In this document: positions 46,898 to 55,404 of the stretch, in pieces
How positions within the stretch are numbered: position 1 is the first letter of the stretch
How the letters are laid out: every line of letters begins with the position of its first letter
Source: Nitrospirota bacterium
GTDB taxonomy: Bacteria; Nitrospirota; Thermodesulfovibrionia; UBA6902
Reading direction: 5' to 3'
Assembly: GCA_016215115.1 (NCBI GenBank)
Contig: JACRLN010000031.1
Span: 1,284 to 65,283, forward strand
DNA length: 64,000 bases
Translations under genes and position numbers: made by a program
The notes under the pieces: generated by a model
What the model saw: only the letters and a program-made list of their open reading frames with translations
Databases searched by the model: none
Told to the model about the DNA's origin: nothing

Positions 46898-49800
46898 CTA
46901 AAAACTGCATTTGCTTTTTACATACTCGAACGATCCGTCAGTAACCCACCTATCCAGCAAAGAAGGTTCTTTTAATTGTTGTCCACGGTATCTTGAGACC
47001 ACTGCAAAGTTTGTTTTTAAATCCCGCAGCCCTGTCATATCTCCCCACAACTTTTCAAACTGGGCTACAGGATAGATGTCTTCCTGACCGCTGCCCCATA
47101 CGTATTTTACTTCTTTAATAGTGATGTATGTCGGCATTCTTTTTTCAATTATGTGCAGGGCATTAAGTATCTTGCTTTGTCTCTCTGAATTGTTTTCAGC
47201 TTCTAAAATCAATTTCCTGTCGAGTCCAAAAAACTCAAGTAACGAGTCAATATTAATCCAGTTAGTATTGGTATTGTAATAACTTAAATTATATTCATCT
47301 TCTTCCCTCGGCAGCGCAAGTCCTTCAACAAGCCGGATGTGACCATTAATTCTTGCAAGTCCACCGCCGGCGTCTTCTATCCTTCTTGGGGTCACCTCAA
47401 AGGTCAAACACGCTTGGTTGACTGCATGCAAGCCAAGCAAATATGGCTCGATACAAGCGCCCATCGTATCAATATTATGACATAAGAGATATTTCAGATT
47501 TGGATGGTCCTTCAGCATAGTTGCAAGCATTCCGTTTTTTATGAGATTTGGTATTTCGTACCAATGTCCTGGCGGATTGAATCTCAGAATAGGTTTATTT
47601 TCAGAATAGTCTTCTCCTTCTCCTTTAGCTTTGGTCCATCCTATCAAGGCCCTGTGAACATCATCCTGCACCTTCTGAACATTTTCGTCCATTTTCTGTT
47701 GAAGCTGATCTTCCCGGTAAAAGCGCAAATCTCTTTCCATCGGGTAAACCCTGCGGCCTATGGATTTTGCAGGAGAAAGATATATCCTGCCTTCATAATT
47801 GAAGTTATGAAATTTATTCAGATAGTCAGAAATAGCATCATGTGTTAAATAACTTGTGGTAAAAACGTGAGGTATCCGGTGTCCGGCGAGTTCTCCGGTT
47901 TTTCTGGTTTTTGCGAGATGGATTTCAATAAAGGTCCTGTATTTAGAGTCAATCCGTATAAATGGATTAACAGGTTTCACTACAGCGGCGCCGTGTGTCC
48001 ATCTGCTTCCCATGCCACCTGCAAATGTGACGACGGCAATTTCGTTGTTTTTAAGGGCTTTGATTCCTGCTTCATACAATTTGTTATTCTTTAGTAGGGG
48101 CAATTCATGAATTGCCCCTACAGGATGATTTACCATTTCATCCTCAAAATGAAAAATATCATCATATGCAACATCTTCAATATTTGTTGACAAAGGCAGG
48201 CGATTTTTTGCAAGACCGATTTCTCCGCTTTTTAGCAAAGCCTTCATGTGTTCATGAGAGCGGGAATCAAAGCCGTATGTTCTTTTGATTTCAGCCTCAG
48301 TTAACTGTTCCGAAGATGAGCGACATATTTTTTGTAGGGGCAATTCATGAATTGCCCCTACTTGCATTTCTCTATCTTTATGATGCATCTCCGGCATTAC
48401 CGCATCCTTACCTTTTAACAAGCTTGCCACAATTCCGTCATGATTAATTTCAAAGTCATACACAACCGGGTCAATGATAAAGGGAAGGGAGGCGTTATAT
48501 TTTTCCTTTAGCTCGTACATGATTTCAGCTATTCTGTTTTTAAATTTTGTTTTAATTCCCGGTTTAACTATAAATGCCATTCCGCCGCCTGACATTCCCC
48601 CGAGCATCAGGAAACCCCAACAATCCTGTTTGAACTCATCTTTTGCTTTATTAATCAAATCTTCCGTGAAGGCGTTATTCACCCATGGAATGACTTTTTG
48701 TATGGCCTCTTCCCAGTCTTCTGTTGTAAGTCTGCCGAGTTCTTTCATGTCGCCGGCTTTTAACGCATCTACAATTTTATTGAACAAAGCAATGCCCTTT
48801 TTTCTTGCATCCCACTCCTTTTTGTATTTAAGCAGATATTTTTCTGTAACCATCTCCAGAACCGGGCCCACATCCTGTGATATCCCGCCATGAACCAGTA
48901 TCATTGAATCGAGTATTTTCTTTTCAGTTTCGTCCGATATCTCTTCTCGTGAAAAAACGTTATGCTCAGGCAGTAAACAGCCTCTGCTGATACCAAATTC
49001 CGGATCATCATGGCCTGCCGGTTTCCCGGTGATTACTTTAATCCCGGGCCACAGACCCCCTGAATCCTGCCAGCCGCCGCCTGAGCCTCCCAGCCATTCA
49101 CCGAGTATGGCTCTGGATGCCACAGTTCGTCTTTGGTCTTCGGTTAATGTGCCTGTCTGGTTATTTATCTGTCCGCTGAATCTCATTAATCGGGTTATGA
49201 CTGTTGCAAGTAGTGTAGTGCTTACAGCTAATCGTGAACCTTTTGGGATGCTGTTTACCTTTGTTACCACTTCGATGCCTCCGGGTTTACCTAACAATTT
49301 GTGCAGCAGTTTTTTCAGAGATATATCCTTATTCTCAAAACATGGAGGGACCATGCCTGAAGACACAACCCCTGCTTTAAGAAGTGACAGATAATCATTT
49401 CCAAAATTGAATAGTTCCTGTGAGGTCGAAATTTTCTTGGAGGCTTTCAGATCAATAGATATTAAGTGTATTACAGGTTCTTCTGTAAAACGGCAGTAGC
49501 ATTCACATGGAGGAAGTATTTGATCGTCGCTGCCGTTAATTTTTAAATTAACTGATAAATTGATAACTCTTGCGCCTTCAGGAAAATCCATTCCGAGGAA
49601 AAAAATATCGGACCATCCGCTGTGGGAGGGGTCCAGTCTTACAGGCGAAGCATCCATTCCAACAGGATACAGACCTGTTTCAGCATCAGGGGTCGTTAGT
49701 TCGTCAGGTACTGAAAACGGATAATCATCCAGTCCATTGATATTGTAAAGATGATAGTTTTCATCACAGCGGCTTATTGATAACTTGACCTGATCAAGTA

Positions 49801-50176
49801 AATATTGAAAAGATAAATTGTAATATGATTCGGCTAAAGCGCTGCATAATGCGCTGTTGTGACCATCGTTTTTTTGATAAATTTCTATTGCTTTTTCAAA
49901 ATTTCTGTCAAAAGCAAACCTTACTCCATCATAAGGGATTTTCCCATGTTGAAGTGTTTCTTTACGATATTGCATGTAATATCTGTATATTACGAAAAGA
50001 AATAAAGAGGCCCTGACTTTATGATAAAGATTGCCGGAAGATTTACGGAACGCTTCCAGTTCCCCGGTAAGTATTAAGAGTTCATCCCTGTCTTTGTCTT
50101 GCAATAGATAGTTAATTGAACGGTTACGAATGGATTCATCTTCACTGATTATTGTTTTGATCAGCTCATTCGGCAT
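46898..50176 (-). CDS. Large multidomain protein: N-terminal unknown region + GHMP-kinase-like domain + C-terminal sugar-1-phosphate nucleotidyltransferase (UDPGP/UGPase-like) domain
   Basis: GHMP-like motifs PKGSRLAVSTTLLATV and GFLMLGGMSGGGMAFIV (motif III). The C-terminal domain has IAVVTFAGGMGSRWT (GGxGxR nucleotidyltransferase loop) and UDPGP-like length. Two in-frame palindrome-encoded VGAIHELPL segments lie in the interdomain linker. Confidence 0.5.
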   Translation of the reverse strand: MPNELIKTIISEDESIRNRSINYLLQDKDRDELLILTGELEAFRKSSGNLYHKVRASLFLFVIYRYYMQYRKETLQHGKIPYDGVRFAFDRNFEKAIEIYQKNDGHNSALCSALAESYYNLSFQYLLDQVKLSISRCDENYHLYNINGLDDYPFSVPDELTTPDAETGLYPVGMDASPVRLDPSHSGWSDIFFLGMDFPEGARVINLSVNLKINGSDDQILPPCECYCRFTEEPVIHLISIDLKASKKISTSQELFNFGNDYLSLLKAGVVSSGMVPPCFENKDISLKKLLHKLLGKPGGIEVVTKVNSIPKGSRLAVSTTLLATVITRLMRFSGQINNQTGTLTEDQRRTVASRAILGEWLGGSGGGWQDSGGLWPGIKVITGKPAGHDDPEFGISRGCLLPEHNVFSREEISDETEKKILDSMILVHGGISQDVGPVLEMVTEKYLLKYKKEWDARKKGIALFNKIVDALKAGDMKELGRLTTEDWEEAIQKVIPWVNNAFTEDLINKAKDEFKQDCWGFLMLGGMSGGGMAFIVKPGIKTKFKNRIAEIMYELKEKYNASLPFIIDPVVYDFEINHDGIVASLLKGKDAVMPEMHHKDREMQVGAIHELPLQKICRSSSEQLTEAEIKRTYGFDSRSHEHMKALLKSGEIGLAKNRLPLSTNIEDVAYDDIFHFEDEMVNHPVGAIHELPLLKNNKLYEAGIKALKNNEIAVVTFAGGMGSRWTHGAAVVKPVNPFIRIDSKYRTFIEIHLAKTRKTGELAGHRIPHVFTTSYLTHDAISDYLNKFHNFNYEGRIYLSPAKSIGRRVYPMERDLRFYREDQLQQKMDENVQKVQDDVHRALIGWTKAKGEGEDYSENKPILRFNPPGHWYEIPNLIKNGMLATMLKDHPNLKYLLCHNIDTMGACIEPYLLGLHAVNQACLTFEVTPRRIEDAGGGLARINGHIRLVEGLALPREEDEYNLSYYNTNTNWINIDSLLEFFGLDRKLILEAENNSERQSKILNALHIIEKRMPTYITIKEVKYVWGSGQEDIYPVAQFEKLWGDMTGLRDLKTNFAVVSRYRGQQLKEPSLLDRWVTDGSFEYVKSKCSF
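48094..48121. repeat. GTAGGGGC-type palindrome (gtaggggcaattcatgaattgcccctac) in frame inside the large ORF
   Basis: Encodes VGAIHELPL on the minus strand. Identical to the copy at 48334..48361. Confidence 0.7.
48334..48361. repeat. GTAGGGGC-type palindrome, second identical intragenic copy
   Basis: 28/28 identical to 48094..48121, 240 bp apart. Confidence 0.7.
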
Positions 50177-50249
50177 GGTTGAATATAATTATTTTAACAT
50201 ATGGAATTGGTTAAAAGAGTCTGTTTGGATGCAGGAAGATGATAAAAAA

Positions 50250-50332
50250 CGTCATCCCCGCAGTCTGTTGAGCGGGAATCCAGACAGATAAAGAACTGGA
50301 TGCCCGACTAAAGACTTCGGGCATGACGACTT
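50250..50332. mobile_element. MITE-like hairpin pair (gtcatccccgcagtctgttgagcgggaatccag ... ctggatgcccgactaaagacttcgggcatgac)
   Basis: Family member located between the large fusion gene and the HDOD gene. Confidence 0.75.
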
Positions 50333-50384
50333 GCTAAGGACTTCTACTATTCCATATTTTAAGCTATAAAAGTATAATGTAAAT

Positions 50385-51224
50385 ATGAACGAATCGTTAA
50401 GGGATTTTGTTAAAAACATAAAGAACCTTCCGACCATACCGGTAATTGCACATGAAGTATTAAGCCTTCTCAGCGATGAGTTGCTTTCGGTAGGAAAACT
50501 TGAAAATATTGTAGAGAAAGACCCTGCCATATCCGCAAAGATCCTGAGTGTTGCCAATTCTGCGTTATTTGGATTTCAGGTGAGTACAGACGCACTAAGC
50601 AGTGCAATGATGAGAATAGGTTTTAATAATGTCAAGAATATTGCACTCGGAATATCTTTAATGACTATACTTGATGACGGGAAACGCGGAAAGGCTGTCG
50701 ATTACCAGAAGATTTTCAATCATTCAGTTGCCGTTGGATTTAATGCGAGGCTCCTCTCAAGGGATCTCAAGCTTAATATAACTGAAGAGGCTTTGATGAT
50801 GGGAATGCTGCATGACCTGGGTTATCTGGTGTTGAACAGATATTTCCCTGAAACATTTGAAGAAATATTATATGCATTTGAAAAGGAAAAAACTCTCCTT
50901 GACGCGGAGAGAAAGGTTTTGAATTTTACACATGCCGATATCGGCATGTGGCTTGCAGAAGAATGGAAATTGCCTGATATTATCATAGATACAAATCTTT
51001 TCCATCATACGCCGTCTCTTGCAAAGAGAAATGTAAAACATGCAGCATTGATACACATTTCGGACTATTTAACAGCAAAAAACATTATGAGCCCAACTGA
51101 AAAAGAGCCGAACTATCCACTCGATCCTGCTTCCCTTGAAATACTCGGCATATCGGAAAACGGTCTTAAGAATCTGGAAGAATCATTAGGCGGGGTTCCT
51201 TTCTCAGATGAAATTTTCAAGTAA
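50385..51224 (+). CDS. HDOD domain protein
   Basis: LPTIPVIAHEVLSLL...ENIVEKDPAISAKILSVANSALFG...GMLHDLGYLVL matches the HDOD family. Confidence 0.8.
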   Translation: MNESLRDFVKNIKNLPTIPVIAHEVLSLLSDELLSVGKLENIVEKDPAISAKILSVANSALFGFQVSTDALSSAMMRIGFNNVKNIALGISLMTILDDGKRGKAVDYQKIFNHSVAVGFNARLLSRDLKLNITEEALMMGMLHDLGYLVLNRYFPETFEEILYAFEKEKTLLDAERKVLNFTHADIGMWLAEEWKLPDIIIDTNLFHHTPSLAKRNVKHAALIHISDYLTAKNIMSPTEKEPNYPLDPASLEILGISENGLKNLEESLGGVPFSDEIFK

Positions 51225-51248
51225 TCCTTAAAGCGAGGAGATATTATA

Positions 51249-51488
51249 ATGAATTTTGAACATATGACGCTTGTTGCTCAGAAAATCAGCTTTGCCTTTG
51301 AAGATCAGTATTTTGACGAAAGAAAACGAAATATTTTTATTGCCCTTTTTAACAAATATCTTTTATCAGTTGATACGGCAGGGACCATGGAACCATATGA
51401 CGCGCTTGTACTATTAGGACGGAAAGACCCTTCAGAGTTTGATCTTATGGTGAAGGAGATGAAAGAAAAAGAGCTGATTTCCGATTGA
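51249..51488 (+). CDS. Hypothetical small protein (79 aa)
   Basis: Strong ribosome-binding site GAGGAG before the ATG. Confidence 0.45.
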   Translation: MNFEHMTLVAQKISFAFEDQYFDERKRNIFIALFNKYLLSVDTAGTMEPYDALVLLGRKDPSEFDLMVKEMKEKELISD

Positions 51489-51517
51489 CATCAAAACTTT
51501 TTTCTTATTGAGTCCTG

Positions 51518-52255
51518 TCAATCTAAAAAAAGCGGTCTGAACTTTAGACTCATCGTGAAAATTTTCAACAGGAACGGTTTTCCATAAGAGGCACACGAAT
51601 TAGTTGTAATGATTTTTCCTTCATGCTCCGCATATGGACTTCGTACAGCTTTTTCCGGTTCGTGGCTTCTCACAATCATTTTCAGATCAAGTGAAGAAAG
51701 AAACTTAACTGTAATATCTTCTCCGAACAAAACACCCGCTCCTCTTGGATTTGAGTGTTCTCCAGGTACCGGAGAGGGGTCGCTCCACAGCAAATATATC
51801 TCATTGGAAAGTTTCATTAGATCATCCTTAGCTCTTATTTTTGAAGATATCCCGGCATGAACAAAAAGAACGTTATTAACTATTGCCGCAATATACAATT
51901 TTGTCAGGAAATTGAGCATGATGTCCTCATAAAACTTCTTCCATGAACCGTATTTATCTTCTGCCTCATAAATAAGATTACACGGGTAAAAAGATGGTTT
52001 CCCATCTATATACATTTCATGATTACCCTTGAGTGCAATTATATCTTCTCTTGTGTCAAGAAGCTTGTTAAGTTCTGTTATTATCTCTATGCCGTATAAA
52101 CCCCTGTCAGCATAATCACCGAGAAATATCAGAAGTGAATCATTTCTGCATTTTTCATAAATGCTTAATATGGACCTGAAACTTTGGTAATCTCCATGCA
52201 GGTCCCCGGCAACAAAAACATTCCTGACATTACTTGTGAATACCCTGTTTATCAT
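51518..52255 (-). CDS. Metallophosphoesterase (calcineurin-like Ser/Thr phosphatase family)
   Basis: GDLHGD, GDYADRG and GNHE motifs. Confidence 0.85.
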   Translation of the reverse strand: MINRVFTSNVRNVFVAGDLHGDYQSFRSILSIYEKCRNDSLLIFLGDYADRGLYGIEIITELNKLLDTREDIIALKGNHEMYIDGKPSFYPCNLIYEAEDKYGSWKKFYEDIMLNFLTKLYIAAIVNNVLFVHAGISSKIRAKDDLMKLSNEIYLLWSDPSPVPGEHSNPRGAGVLFGEDITVKFLSSLDLKMIVRSHEPEKAVRSPYAEHEGKIITTNSCASYGKPFLLKIFTMSLKFRPLFLD

Positions 52256-52394
52256 GCAATACCTCTTGCATAAATCATAACACAGTGATGGGTGACCCCG
52301 TTAACGCACGTCTTGCCCGCATACTTTATTTTGCAGCCATAAATTCATTAGAATAATTAAGTCAGCGATTGCATCATTCATGTTGATCTATCAA

Positions 52395-52570
52395 TTGCTG
52401 ATTACTAATTAGTGTCTGTGTATAAATTCAAACATTAAACCGTCATTCCCGCAGTCCTTTGAGCGGGAATCCAGTTTTATTAAGAAGTTCTGGATGCCCG
52501 ATTACAGACTTCGGGCATGACGAAATTGAAAACTTGTAATTTATACACAGACTCTAATTAAAGCGTCAAA
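52395..52570. mobile_element. MITE-like element with ~25-bp terminal inverted repeats (ttagtgtctgtgtataaattcaaac / cttgtaatttatacacagactctaa)
   Basis: Clear terminal inverted repeats flank the gtcattcccgc...gcgggaatccag / ctggatgcccga...tcgggcatgac modules. Confidence 0.8.
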
Positions 52571-52786
52571 ACGATGACAAACCCGAATGGATGTCTTTAT
52601 TTAACAGATTAAAATATTAGTAAGATAATTTTAATCACGGTAAAACAATCCTCGAAAATCAGTATAATTAATAAGTTATAATTTGCAGCTCTCCACCATT
52701 CTTTAATCATTTCTTTATTGAAAAACCTTTGGCAAAGTATTTGCTTCTCCATTTAATGTTCTCTACAGAGAATAAACCTGCGGGAA

Positions 52787-55271
52787 TTGGCAGGAGGAGA
52801 AAAAATGAGAAGTAAAAGACGGTCTTTATTGTATGCAGTTTTTTTAGTTCTTGTTTTTTTGATTGGGGATGTCTTTGCAGATAGAGCAGAGGAAGTGACT
52901 CCGCAGATAGCAGCAGGATACTTTCACACCCTTGTCTTAAACTCAGACGGAACGTTATGGGCATGGGGATTTAATGGTTACGGCCAATTGGGAGACGGCA
53001 CAACAACTAATAGTAATTCCCCCAAACAGACCGGCTCTGACAACAATTGGGTTTCAATTGCAGCAGGATATTTTCACAACCTTGCTTTAAAATCAGACGG
53101 AACGTTATGGGCGTGGGGAAATAATTTGTCTGGCCAATTGGGAGACGGCACAACAACTAATAGTAATTCCCCCAAACAGATTGGTTCTGACAACAATTGG
53201 GTTTCCATTGCAGCAGGATACTATCACACCCTTGCCTTAAAATCAGACGGAACGTTATGGGCGTGGGGATATAACGCTAAGGGCCAATTGGGAGACGGCA
53301 CAACAACTAATAGTAATTCCCCAAAACAGAAATAGTAATTCCCCAAAACAGACCGGCTCCGACAACAATTGGGTTTCATTTGCAGCAGGCGAGGGGCACA
53401 CCCTTGCCTTAAAATCAGACGGAACGTTATGGGCGTGGGGAAATAACGCAAATGGCCAATTGGGAGACGGTACAACAACTAATAGTACTTCCCCAAAACA
53501 GATCGGCTCCGACAGCAAGTGGGTTTCAATTACAGCAGGATACTATTACACCCTTGCCTTAAAATCAGACGAAACGTTATGGGCGTGGGGATATAATGGT
53601 TACGGCCAATTGGGAGACGGCACAACAACTAATAGTACTTCCCCAAAACAGATCGGCTCCGACAAAAATTGGGTTTCAATTACAGCAGGAGACTATCACT
53701 CCCTTGCCTTAAAATCAGACGAAACGTTATGGGCGTGGGGATATAACGATAATGGCCAATTGGGTATCTGTACAACAAATAATAAAACTTCACCTGTTCA
53801 GATTCAGTGCGAGCCTGTGGCCGACCTCATCATCCAGAGCATTAGCACAAATCCCGTAAATCCCGGCGCCGGACAGAATGTAACTGTAACAGTGACAGTG
53901 AAAAATCAGGGAACTCTTGCAGCAGGGCAGTTTATTATAGATTTTTATAAAGATCTACCCACAGGTGCAACTCCAAATCCTCCTGGTGATAGTGAGGACT
54001 TCTGGTGCACCGTTGCCAGTCTGTCCGCAGGTGCAACAGATTCCTCCTGCATCAAAAGTGTAACTTATTCTAATGCCGGCACGTATAACATGTGGGCTTA
54101 TGTGGATAGTGCCAAAAATGTATCTGAATCCTATAAGATCAACAACGTGTATGGTCCTCAGGCTATCACTGTATGTGATCTCAATACTTACTACTACGAT
54201 GCAGACCTCGACGGTTATGGTGATCCTAACAGCGCAAAACAGGCATGTTATCAGCCTGTGGGCTATATAACAAACTCTCTGGATTGTGATGACACTGATT
54301 CGACTATCAACCCCTACGCTGTTGAAATCTGCGACAACAAGGACAACGACTGTAACGGTCAGACCGATGACGGCATTGCCTCAATACCGAGCACCTGTGG
54401 AGTTGGTGAATGTACAAGAACAGGGAATAATACCTGTACAAACGGAGGATGGGTCAATTCTTGTACCCCTGGAGAAGCGATAGCAGAAACCTGCGATAAC
54501 AAAGACAACAATTGCGACGGAACAATTGACGATAATCTTACCCGTCCAACTACTTGCGGAGCAGGCGCTTGTTCATCAACAGGCACTGAGACATGTTCTG
54601 CCGGTTTATGGGGTAATAACACATGCACAGAAAAACCGCCTGTTGCCGAGACATGTAACAACATGGACGATGATTGCGATGGTCAAGTCGATGAGGACTA
54701 TATCTCGACACCGACCAGTTGCGGACAAGGTGTATGTGCCGCAACTGGTCAATTGATTTGTAAGAACGGACAGGAAGTTAACACATGCATTATCGGACAA
54801 CCAACAGAGAATAGTGAAACTACGTGTAATGATAGTATAGACAACGACTGCGATGGTTTTTCAGACGGAAACGACTCAAACTGTACCCCTCTATCCGACT
54901 TAGCGGTTACTTCCGTAAGCAAACCTCCCGCAAGAAGGAAACTCGGAAGCAGTTTTAACGTAACGGCTAAAATAAAAAATAAAGGAGTTGGAACAGCGGA
55001 TAAAGAATTTACAGTAGGGTATTATCTTTCAAAGAACAGGGATAGGTTTATAAACAAAGAGTCTGATATTTTACTAACTGATGATATCATTTTGTCATCG
55101 TTGCTTGTGGGAGTAAGTTCAAAACAAACGATACAAGTCAATATCCCTATTGATACACCTAAAGGCAAGTACTATGTAAAAGTCTGTGCAGACAACAGGA
55201 ATGATATAGCAGAAACAAATGAAGATAATAATTGCAGAGCATCAAAGAGAAAAATAAGGGTTTTGGATTAA
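52787..55271 (+). pseudogene. Secreted RCC1-repeat beta-propeller protein with CARDB domains and Cys-rich repeats, split into two ORFs by a 22-bp tandem duplication at 53309..53352
   Basis: Signal peptide followed by at least 8 RCC1 repeats ([32 protein letters not shown]). Two CARDB-like modules and repeated [10 protein letters not shown]...TCG.G.C metal-binding-like motifs follow. Removing one copy of aatagtaattccccaaaacaga restores a single frame. Confidence 0.7.
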
Positions 55272-55404
55272 TTGACTTTCAATTTTTGAACTGCAGAAGA
55301 TGGGCTAAGATTATAATCGTCATACTTTACACGTAACTTAACTTATCTATTAAAGAAACCGAGACTATGGTATTCTGAAGCTGTCGCAAGTGGGGAATAT
55401 TCAG

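Noticed and set aside
53224-54800. Multiple short minus- and plus-strand ORFs overlapping the RCC1/Cys-repeat gene (e.g. 53224..53478, 54359..54664)
   Set aside because: They are products of the repetitive, compositionally biased DNA of the RCC1 and Cys-repeat modules. The main plus-strand frame has clear domain structure.
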